DNA of 35,961 nt from Nemertoderma westbladi. Taxonomy: Eukaryota; Animalia; Xenacoelomorpha. The stretch covers positions 1 through 35,961 of the forward strand of contig JAUCBJ010001058.1 in the NCBI GenBank assembly GCA_032718475.1, given 5' to 3'. The notes below the pieces were generated by a model. The model saw only the letters and a program-made list of their open reading frames with translations. It did not search any database and was not told where the DNA came from. This document shows, piece after piece, positions 24,588-35,961 of this stretch. Within the stretch, counting starts at the first letter, position 1, and each line of letters starts with the position of its first letter. Made by a program: the position numbers and the translations under genes.

Positions 24588-24695
24588 AAAAAAATTAGTA
24601 AGCACGTCACTGGGGGTTGAACCAGCGCTATACGTACGTTTCGGCCTATCAGGCCTCATCAGTAGCGCTAACCAGTTCAGCCACTTGCCCCTGAC
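24588..24695 (-). promoter_or_regulatory. Putative Pol III (type 2) transcription unit enclosing the hammerhead
   Basis: A-box-like TGGCTGAACTGG (24672-24683), B-box-like GGTTCAACCCC (24613-24623), T7 run at 24588-24594, and AT-rich TAAATATAA about 30 bp upstream. Confidence 0.55.
24618..24679 (-). ncRNA. Type I hammerhead ribozyme (minimal stem III)
   Basis: Minus strand reads AGCGCUA CUGAUGA GGCCU-GAU-AGGCC GAAA C-GUAC-G UA^ UAGCGCU. Complete core, 7-bp stem I extended by UGAAC/GUUCA, 5-bp stem II, 2-bp stem III with a palindromic GUAC loop. Predicted cleavage between 24631 and 24630. Confidence 0.88.
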
Positions 24696-24781
24696 ACTTA
24701 CTCTCCCACATAATCTACTTATATTTAACAGGGTAGTCTGTATTAAGTTACATATCCATCAGTAGTAAGATGAACCCCATT

Positions 24782-27700
24782 TGGTTTTAGTACCTTGAAC
24801 ATTGGTGGATCACACTTACCTGTTCTAGTACCTTAAACATTGGTGGATCACACTTACCTGGTTCTACTACCTTGAACATTGGTGGATCACACTTACCTGG
24901 TTCTACTACCTTGAACATTGGTGGATCACACTTACCTGGTTCTACTACCTTGAACATTGGTGGATAACACTTACCTGGTTTATAGTACCTTGAACATTGG
25001 TGGATCACACTTACCTGGTTGTAGTACCTTGAACATTGGTGGATCACACTTACATTTTTCTACCACCTTGAACATTGGTGGATCACACTTACCTGGTTTA
25101 TAGTACCTTGAACATTGGTGGATAACACTTACCTGGTTTATAGTACCTTGAACATTGGTGGATAACACTTACCTGGTTTATAGTACCTTGAACATTGGTG
25201 GATCACACTTACCTGGTTGTAGTACCTTGAACATTGGTGGATCACACTTACATTTTTCTACTACCTTGAACATTGGTGGATAACACTTACCTGGTTCTAG
25301 TACCTTGATCATTGGTGGATCTCACTTACCTGGTTCTAGTACCTTGATCATTGGTGGATCTCACTTACCTGGTTCTAGTACCTTGAACATTGGTGGATCT
25401 CACTTACCTGGTTCTAGTACCTTGAACATTGGTGGATCTCACTTACCTGGTTCTACTACCTTGAACATTGGTGGATCACACTTACCTGGTTCTAGTACCT
25501 TGAACATCGGTGGATCACACTTACCTGGTTCTAGTACCTTGAACATTGATGGATCACACTTACCTGGTTCTACTACCTTGAACATTGGTGGATCACACTT
25601 ACCTGGTTCTAGTACCTTGAACATTGGTGGATGACACTTACCTGGTTCTAGTACCTTGAACATTGGTGGATCACACTTACATTGTTCTAGTACCTTGAAC
25701 ATTGGTGGATCACACTTACCTGGTTGTAGTACCTTGAACATTGATGGATCACACTTACCTGGTTCTAGTACCTTGAACATTGGTGGATCACACTTACATT
25801 TTTCTACTACCTTGAACATTGGTGGATAACACTTACCTGGTTCTAGTACCTTGAACATTGGTGGATCACACTTACATTGTTCTAGTACCTTGAACATTGG
25901 TGGATGACACTTACCTGGTTCTATTACCTTAAACATTGGTGGATCACACTTACCTGGTTTATAGTACCTTGAACATTGGTGGATCACACTTACCTGGTTC
26001 TACTACCTTGAACATTGGTGGATCACACTTACCTGGTTCTACTACCTTGAACATTGGTGGATCACACTTACCTGGTTCTAGTACCTTGAACATTGGTGGA
26101 TGACACTTACCTGGTTCTAGTACCTTGAACATTGGTGGATCTCACTTACCTGGTTCTAGTACCTTGATCATTGGTGGATCTCACTTACCTGGTTCTAGTA
26201 CCTTGAACATTGGTGGATCTCACTTACCTGGTTCTAGTACCTTGAACATTGATGGATCACACTTACCTGGTTCTACTACCTTGAACATTGGTGGATCACA
26301 CTTACCTGGTTCTAGTACCTTGAACATTGGTGGATGACACTTACCTGGTTCTAGTACCTTAAACATTGGTGGATCACACTTACCTGGTTCTACTACCTTG
26401 AACATTGGTGGATCACACTTACCTGGTTCTACTACCTTGAACATTGGTGGATCACACTTACCTGGTTCTACTACCTTGAACATTGGTGGATAACACTTAC
26501 CTGGTTTATAGTACCTTGAACATTGGTGGATCACACTTACCTGGTTGTAGTACCTTGAACATTGGTGGATCACACTTACATTTTTCTTCTACCTTGAACA
26601 TTGATGGATCACACTTACCTGGTTCTAGTACCTTGAACATTGGTGGATCACACTTACCTGGTTCTACTACCTTGAACATTGGTGGATAACACTTACCTGG
26701 TTTATAGTACCTTGAACATTGGTGGATCACACTTACCTGGTTGTAGTACCTTGAACATTGGTGGATCACACTTACATTTTTCTACTACCTTGAACATTGG
26801 TGGATCACACTTACCTGGTTCTAGTACCTTGAACATTGGTGGATGACACTTACCTGGTTCTAGTACCTTGAACATTGGTGGATAACACTTACCTGGTTCT
26901 AGTACCTTGATCATTGGTGGATCTCACTTACCTGGTTCTAGTACCTTGATCATTGGTGGATCTCACTTACCTGGTTCTAGTACCTTGAACATTGGTGGAT
27001 CTCACTTACCTGGTTCTAGTACCTTGATCATTGGTGGATCTCACTTACCTGGTTCTAGTACCTTGATCATTGGTGGATCTCACTTACCTGGTTCTAGTAC
27101 CTTGAATATTGGTGGATCTCACTTACCTGGTTCTAGTACCTTGAACATTGATGGATCACACTTACCTGGTTCTACTACCTTGAACATTGGTGGATCACAC
27201 TTACCTGGTTCTAGTACCTTGAACATTGGTGGATGACACTTACCTGGTTCTAGTACCTTGAACATTGGTGGATCACACTTACCTGGTTCTATTACCTTGA
27301 TCATTGGTGGATCTCACTTACCTGGTTCTAGTACCTTGAACATTGGTGGATCACACTTACCTGGTTGTAGTACCTTGAACATTGGTGGATCACACTTACA
27401 TTTTTCTACTACCTTGAACATTGGTGGATAACACTTACCTGGTTCTAGTACCTTGATCATTGGTGGATCTCACTTACCTGGTTCTAGTACCTTGATCATT
27501 GGTGGATCTCACTTACCTGGTTCTAGTACCTTGAACATTGGTGGATCTCACTTACCTGGTTCTAGTACCTTGAACATTGATGGATCACACTTACCTGGTT
27601 CTACTACCTTGAACATTGGTGGATCACACTTACCTGGTTCTAGTACCTTGAACATTGGTGGATGACACTTACCTGGTTCTAGTACCTTGAACATTGGTGG

Positions 27701-30700
27701 ATCACACTTACATTGTTCTAGTACCTTGAACATTGATGGATGACACTTACCTGGTTCTAGTACCTTGAACATCGGTGGATGACACTTACCTGGTTCTAGT
27801 ACCTTGTACATTGGTGGATCACACTTACCTGGTTCTAGTACCTTGAACATTGGTGGATCTCACTTACCTGGTTCTAGTACCTTGAACATCGGTGGATGAC
27901 ACTTACCTGGTTCTATTACATTGAACATTGGTGGATCTCACTTACCTGGTTCTAGTACCTTGAACATTGGTGGATCACACTTACCTGGTTCTAGTACCTT
28001 GAACATTGGTGGATCTCACTTACCTCGTTCTAGTACCTTGAACATCGGTGGATGACACTTACCTGGTTCTAGTACCTTGAACATTGGTGGATCTCACTTA
28101 CCTGGTTCTAGTACCTTGAACATTGGTGGATCACACTTACATTGTTCTAGTACCTTGAACATTGGTGGATGACACTTACCTGGTTCTAGTACCTTGAACA
28201 TTGGTGGATCACACTTACATTGTTCTAGTACCTTGAACATTGGTGGATGACACTTACCTGGTTCTAGTACCTTGAACATTGGTGGATCTCACTTACCTGG
28301 TTGTAGTACCTTGAACATTGGTGGATCACACTTACCTGGTTCTACTACCTTGAACATTGGTGGATCACACTTACCTGGTTCTAGTACCTTGAACATTGGT
28401 GGATGACACTTACCTGGTTCTAGTACCTTGAACATTGGTGGATCACACTTACCTGGTTCTAGTACCTTGAGCATTGGTGGATCACACTTACCTGGTTCTA
28501 GTACCTTAAAGATTGGTGGATCACACTTACCTGGTTCTAGTACCTTAAACATTGATGGATCACACTTACCTGGTTCTATTACATTGAACATTGGTGGATC
28601 ACACTTACCTGGTTCTAGTACCTTGAACATTGGTGGATCACACTTACCTGGTTCTAGTACCTTAAACATTGGTGGATCACACTTACCTGGTTCTAGTACC
28701 TTGAACATTGATGGATCACACTTACCTGGTTCTAGTACTTTGAACATTGATGGATCACACTTACCTGGATCTAGTACCCTGAACATTGATGGATCACACT
28801 TACCTGGTTCTACTACCTTGAACATTGGTGGATCACACTTACCTGGTTCTAGTACCTTGAACATTGGTGGATCACACTTACCTGGTTCTACTACCTTGAA
28901 CATTGGTGGATCACACTTACCTGGTTCTAGTACTTTGAACATTGATGGATCACACTTACCTGGATCTAGTACCCTGAACATTGATGGATCACACTTACCT
29001 GGTTCTACTACCTTGAACATTGGTGGATCACACTTACCTGGTTCTAGTACCTTGAACATTGGTGGATCACACTTACCTGGTTCTAGTACCTTAAACATTG
29101 GTGGATCACACTTACCTGGTTCTACTACCTTGAACATTGGTGGATCACACTTACCTGGTTCTAGTACTTTGAACATTGATGGATCACACTTACCTGGATC
29201 TAGTACCCTGAACATTGATGGATCACACTTACCTGGTTCTATTACCTTGAACATTGGTGGATCACACTTACCTGGTTCTAGTACCTTGAACATTGGTGGA
29301 TCACACTTACCTGGTTCTAGTACCTTGAACATCGGTGGATCACACTTACCTGGTTCTAGTACCTTGAACATTGCTGGATCACACTTACCTGGTTCTACTA
29401 CCTTGAACATTGATGGATCACACTTACCTGGTTCTACTACCTTGAACATTGGTGGATCACACTTACCTGGTTCTAGTACCTTGAACATCGGTGGATCACA
29501 CTTACCTGGTTCTAGTACCTTGAACATTGGTGGATCATACTTACCTGGTTCTAGTACCTTAAATATTGGTGGATCACACTTACCTGGTTCTATTACCTTG
29601 AACATTGGTGGATCACACTTACTTGGTTCTACTACCTTGAACATTGGTGGATAACACTTACCTGGTTTATAGTACCTTGAACATTGGTGGATCACACTTA
29701 CCTGGTTGTAGTACCTTGAACATTGGTGGATCACACTTACATTTTTCTACTACCTTGAACATTGGTGGATCACACTTACCTGGTTCTAGTACCTTGAACA
29801 TTGGTGGATGACACTTACCTGGTTCTAGTACCTTGAACATTGGTGGATAACACTTACCTGGTTCTAGTACCTTGATCATTGGTGGATCTCACTTACCTGG
29901 TTCTAGTACCTTGATCATTGGTGGATCTCACTTACCTGGTTCTAGTACCTTGAACATTGGTGGATCTCACTTACCTGGTTCTAGTACCTTGATCATTGGT
30001 GGATCTCACTTACCTGGTTCTAGTACCTTGATCATTGGTGGATCTCACTTACCTGGTTCTAGTACCTTGAATATTGGTGGATCTCACTTACCTGGTTCTA
30101 GTACCTTGAACATTGATGGATCACACTTACCTGGTTCTACTACCTTGAACATTGGTGGATCACACTTACCTGGTTCTAGTACCTTGAACATTGGTGGATG
30201 ACACTTACCTGGTTCTAGTACCTTGAACATTGGTGGATCACACTTACCTGGTTCTATTACCTTGATCATTGGTGGATCTCACTTACCTGGTTCTAGTACC
30301 TTGAACATTGGTGGATCACACTTACCTGGTTGTAGTACCTTGAACATTGGTGGATCACACTTACATTTTTCTACTACCTTGAACATTGGTGGATAACACT
30401 TACCTGGTTCTAGTACCTTGATCATTGGTGGATCTCACTTACCTGGTTCTAGTACCTTGATCATTGGTGGATCTCACTTACCTGGTTCTAGTACCTTGAA
30501 CATTGGTGGATCTCACTTACCTGGTTCTAGTACCTTGAACATTGATGGATCACACTTACCTGGTTCTACTACCTTGAACATTGGTGGATCACACTTACCT
30601 GGTTCTAGTACCTTGAACATTGGTGGATGACACTTACCTGGTTCTAGTACCTTGAACATTGGTGGATCACACTTACATTGTTCTAGTACCTTGAACATTG

Positions 30701-33700
30701 ATGGATGACACTTACCTGGTTCTAGTACCTTGAACATCGGTGGATGACACTTACCTGGTTCTAGTACCTTGTACATTGGTGGATCACACTTACCTGGTTC
30801 TAGTACCTTGAACATTGGTGGATCTCACTTACCTGGTTCTAGTACCTTGAACATCGGTGGATGACACTTACCTGGTTCTAGTACCTTGAACATTGGTGGA
30901 TCACACTTACCTGGTTCTAGTACCTTGAACATTGGTGGATCTCACTTACCTCGTTCTAGTACCTTGAACATCGGTGGATGACACTTACCTGGTTCTAGTA
31001 CCTTGAACATTGGTGGATCTCACTTACCTGGTTCTAGTACCTTGAACATTGGTGGATCACACTTACATTGTTCTAGTACCTTGAACATTGGTGGATGACA
31101 CTTACCTGGTTCTAGTACCTTGAACATTGGTGGATCACACTTACATTGTTCTAGTACCTTGAACATTGGTGGATGACACTTACCTGGTTCTAGTACCTTG
31201 AACATTGGTGGATCTCACTTACCTGGTTGTAGTACCTTGAAAATTGGTGGATCACACTTACCTGGTTCTACTACCTTGAACATTGGTGGATCACACTTAC
31301 CTGGTTCTAGTACCTTGAACATTGGTGGATGACACTTACCTGGTTCTAGTACCTTGAACATTGGTGGATCACACTTACATGGTTCTAGTACCTTGAGCAT
31401 TGGTGGATCACACTTACCTGGTTCTAGTACCTTAAAGATTGGTGGATCACACTTACCTGGTTCTAGTACCTTAAACATTGATGGATCACACTTACCTGGT
31501 TCTATTACATTGAACATTGGTGGATCACACTTACCTGGTTCTAGTACCTTGAACATTGGTGGATCACACTTACCTGGTTCTACTACCTTGAACATTGGTG
31601 GATCACACTTACCTGGTTCTAGTACCTTGAACATCGGTGGATGACACTTACCTGGTTCTAGTACCTTGAACATTGGTGGATCTCACTTACCTGGTTCTAG
31701 TACCTTGAACATTGGTGGATCACACTTACATTGTTCTAGTACCTTGAACATTGGTGGATGACACTTACCTGGTTCTAGTACCTTGAACATTGGTGGATCA
31801 CACTTACCTGGTTCTATTACATTGAACATTGGTGGATGACACTTACCTGGTTCTAGTACCTTGAACATCGGTGGATGACACTTACCTGGTTCTAGTACCT
31901 TGAACATTGGTGGATCACACTTACCTGGTTCTAGTACCTTGAACATTGGTGGATCACACTTACCTGGTTCTAGTACCTTAAACATTGGTGGATCACACTT
32001 ACCTGGTTCTACTACCTTGAACATTGGTGGATCACACTTACCTGGTTCTAGTACTTTGAACATTGATGGATCACACTTACCTGGATCTAGTACCCTGAAC
32101 ATTGATGGATCACACTTACCTGGTTCTATTACCTTGAACATTGGTGGATCACACTTACCTGGTTCTAGTACCTTGAACATTGGTGGATCACACTTACCTG
32201 GTTCTAGTACCTTGAACATCGGTGGATCACACTTACCTGGTTCTAGTACCTTGAACATTGCTGGATCACACTTACCTGGTTCTACTACCTTGAACATTGA
32301 TGGATCACACTTACCTGGTTCTACTACCTTGAACATTGGTGGATCACACTTACCTGGTTCTAGTACCTTGAACATCGGTGGATCACACTTACCTGGTTCT
32401 AGTACCTTGAACATTGGTGGATCATACTTACCTGGTTCTAGTACCTTAAATATTGGTGGATCACACTTACCTGGTTCTATTACCTTGAACATTGGTGGAT
32501 CACACTTACTTGGTTCTACTACCTTGAACATTGGTGGATAACACTTACCTGGTTTATAGTACCTTGAACATTGGTGGATCACACTTACCTGGTTGTAGTA
32601 CCTTGAACATTGGTGGATCACACTTACATTTTTCTACTACCTTGAACATTGGTGGATCACACTTACCTGGTTCTAGTACCTTGAACATTGGTGGATGACA
32701 CTTACCTGGTTCTAGTACCTTGAACATTGGTGGATAACACTTACCTGGTTCTAGTACCTTGATCATTGGTGGATCTCACTTACCTGGTTCTAGTACCTTG
32801 ATCATTGGTGGATCTCACTTACCTGGTTCTAGTACCTTGAACATTGGTGGATCTCACTTACCTGGTTCTAGTACCTTGATCATTGGTGGATCTCACTTAC
32901 CTGGTTCTAGTACCTTGATCATTGGTGGATCTCACTTACCTGGTTCTAGTACCTTGAATATTGGTGGATCTCACTTACCTGGTTCTAGTACCTTGAACAT
33001 TGATGGATCACACTTACCTGGTTCTACTACCTTGAACATTGGTGGATCACACTTACCTGGTTCTAGTACCTTGAACATTGGTGGATGACACTTACCTGGT
33101 TCTAGTACCTTGAACATTGGTGGATCACACTTACCTGGTTCTATTACCTTGATCATTGGTGGATCTCACTTACCTGGTTCTAGTACCTTGAACATTGGTG
33201 GATCACACTTACCTGGTTGTAGTACCTTGAACATTGGTGGATCACACTTACATTTTTCTACTACCTTGAACATTGGTGGATAACACTTACCTGGTTCTAG
33301 TACCTTGATCATTGGTGGATCTCACTTACCTGGTTCTAGTACCTTGATCATTGGTGGATCTCACTTACCTGGTTCTAGTACCTTGAACATTGGTGGATCT
33401 CACTTACCTGGTTCTAGTACCTTGAACATTGATGGATCACACTTACCTGGTTCTACTACCTTGAACATTGGTGGATCACACTTACCTGGTTCTAGTACCT
33501 TGAACATTGGTGGATGACACTTACCTGGTTCTAGTACCTTGAACATTGGTGGATCACACTTACATTGTTCTAGTACCTTGAACATTGATGGATGACACTT
33601 ACCTGGTTCTAGTACCTTGAACATCGGTGGATGACACTTACCTGGTTCTAGTACCTTGAACATTGGTGGATCACACTTACCTGGTTCTAGTACCTTGAAC

Positions 33701-35326
33701 ATCGGTGGATGACACTTACCTGGTTCTAGTACCTTGAACATTGGTGGATCACACTTACCTGGTTCTAGTACCTTGAACATTGGTGGATCTCACTTACCTG
33801 GTTCTAGTACCTTGAACATCGGTGGATGACACTTACCTGGTTCTAGTACCTTGAACATTGGTGGATCACACTTACCTGGTTCTAGTACCTTGAACATTGG
33901 TGGATCTCACTTACCTCGTTCTAGTACCTTGAACATCGGTGGATGACACTTACCTGGTTCTAGTACCTTGAACATTGGTGGATCTCACTTACCTGGTTCT
34001 AGTACCTTGAACATTGGTGGATCACACTTACATTGTTCTAGTACCTTGAACATTGGTGGATGACACTTACCTGGTTCTAGTACCTTGAACATTGGTGGAT
34101 CACACTTACATTGTTCTAGTACCTTGAACATTGGTGGATGACACTTACCTGGTTCTAGTACCTTGAACATTGGTGGATCTCACTTACCTGGTTGTAGTAC
34201 CTTGAACATTGGTGGATCACACTTACCTGGTTCTACTACCTTGAACATTGGTGGATCACACTTACCTGGTTCTAGTACCTTGAACATTGGTGGATGACAC
34301 TTACCTGGTTCTAGTACCTTGAACATTGGTGGATCACACTTACATGGTTCTAGTACCTTGAGCATTGGTGGATCACACTTACCTGGTTCTAGTACCTTAA
34401 AGATTGGTGGATCACACTTACCTGGTTCTAGTACCTTAAACATTGATGGATCACACTTACCTGGTTCTATTACATTGAACATTGGTGGATCACACTTACC
34501 TGGTTCTAGTACCTTGAACATTGGTGGATCACACTTACCTGGTTCTAGTACCTTGAACATTGGTGGATCACACTTACCTGGTTCTAGTACCTTGAACATT
34601 GGTGGATCACACTTACCTGGTTCTAGTACCTTGAACATTGGTGGATGACACTTACCTGGTTCTAGTACCTTGAACATCGGTGGATGACACTTACCTGGTT
34701 CTAGTACCTTGAACATTGGTGGATCACACTTACCTGGTTCTAGTACCTTGAACATTGGTGGATCACACTTACCTGGTTCTAGTACCTTAAACATTGGTGG
34801 ATCACACTTACCTGGTTCTACTACCTTGAACATTGGTGGATCACACTTACCTGGTTCTAGTACTTTGAACATTGATGGATCACACTTACCTGGATCTAGT
34901 ACCCTGAACATTGATGGATCACACTTACCTGGTTCTATTACCTTGAACATTGGTGGATCACACTTACCTGGTTCTAGTACCTTGAACATTGGTGGATCAC
35001 ACTTACCTGGTTCTAGTACCTTGAACATCGGTGGATCACACTTACCTGGTTCTAGTACCTTGAACATTGCTGGATCACACTTACCTGGTTCTACTACCTT
35101 GAACATTGATGGATCACACTTACCTGGTTCTACTACCTTGAACATTGGTGGATCACACTTACCTGGTTCTAGTACCTTGAACATCGGTGGATCACACTTA
35201 CCTGGTTCTAGTACCTTGAACATTGGTGGATCATACTTACCTGGTTCTAGTACCTTAAATATTGGTGGATCACACTTACCTGGTTCTATTACCTTGAACA
35301 TTGGTGGATCACACTTACTTGGTTCT
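24782..35326. repeat. 39-bp minisatellite (about 270 units) with a 2.8-3.0 kb higher-order period
   Basis: Unit ggttctagtaccttgaacattggtggatcacacttacct. The minus strand carries AGAACCAG|GTAAGTG, identical to the exon 1 donor. Confidence 0.98.
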
Positions 35327-35697
35327 GGGACGTTGTGTGTTGCTAGAGTGGTTGGATCCCACTTACCTGGTTCTGGGACGTTGTGTGTTGCTAGATGTGG
35401 TTGGAACCCACTTACCTGGTTCTGGGACGTTGTGTGTTGCTAGAGTGGTTGGAACCCACTTACCTGGTTCTGGGACGTTGTGTGTTGCTAGAGTGGTTGA
35501 ACCCACTTACCTGGTTCTGGGACGTTGTGTGTTGCTAGAGTGGTTGGATCCCACTTACCTGGTTCTGGGACGTTGTGTGTTGCTAGAGTGGTTGGATCCC
35601 ACTTACCTGGTTCTGGGACGTTGTGTGTTGCTAGAGTGGTTGGATCCCACTTACCTGGTTCTGGACGTTGTTGTGTTGCTAGAGTGGTTGGATCCCA
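35327..35697. repeat. 48-bp minisatellite (about 8 units), overlapping the exon 1 donor
   Basis: Unit gggacgttgtgtgttgctagagtggttggatcccacttacctggttct, which is about 42 exon bases plus gtaagt on the minus strand. Confidence 0.96.
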
Positions 35698-35803
35698 GAC
35701 AGGCGGGTCATTAGAATCCTTTAAAATAACTGTGATGAACGTTGACAGTCCATGCCACCCAGTTGTGGTTCCTTGCAAACCCGACTTGTTGTTGTCATAG
35801 AGA
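35655..35803 (-). CDS. Cadherin-repeat gene, exon 1 of 7 in window (LYDNNKSGLQGTTTGWHGLSTFITVILKDSNDPPVWDPTTLATQQRPEPG)
   Basis: Acceptor ttttcag| and donor CCAG|gtaagt. 149 bp, phase 2 in, phase 1 out. ITVILKDSNDPPVW matches the cadherin DxNDxxP Ca-binding linker. Splices in frame to the exon at 24489. The donor copy actually used could be a downstream one. Confidence 0.85.
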
Positions 35804-35961
35804 CTGAAAATATTATAAAATGTAATTTATTTGAGAATTAATAATAAGAGTTTTCCAACAACCTGTAAGAATGTTTATTATGTTCACAATGTTTATGTTT
35901 ATTTGCCAGACTTTATGTTGAATTATATTTTTATCAATAGGGACCGCTGAATGCATGAGCA

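Noticed and set aside
218-35326. CRISPR arrays
   Set aside because: Units are head-to-tail with no unique spacers, there are no cas genes, and the context is a spliced eukaryotic gene.
24787-35443. EPGKCDPPMFKVL and NIGGSHLPGSSTL repeat proteins
   Set aside because: Short ORFs on both strands, broken by frequent stops and 1-bp indels.

Overview
Eukaryotic (metazoan-like) genomic DNA, not prokaryotic. It holds seven internal exons (1,199 bp, about 399 codons) of a minus-strand multi-cadherin-repeat gene. All six internal GT-AG introns join the exons in frame, and the gene continues beyond both window edges. About 80% of the window is intronic tandem repeat: 44, 40, 66, 46/40, 4, 36, 39 and 48 bp units. 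Two things stand out. (1) The three largest array blocks (44 bp, 66 bp, 48+39 bp) are tandem amplifications of the exon end plus 5' splice donor, giving hundreds of intact decoy donors directly behind the real one. (2) A compact type I hammerhead ribozyme sits between Pol III A- and B-box-like motifs with a T7 terminator (24588-24695, minus strand, sense to the pre-mRNA). Also present: a 5'-truncated RTE-like LINE with a target-site duplication inside the 44-bp array, a second decayed non-LTR element, a tRNA-derived SINE and a possible LTR end. Nearly all long ORFs in the supplied track are translations of stop-poor repeat units. Exon boundaries and copy numbers were read by hand, with no transcript or database support.
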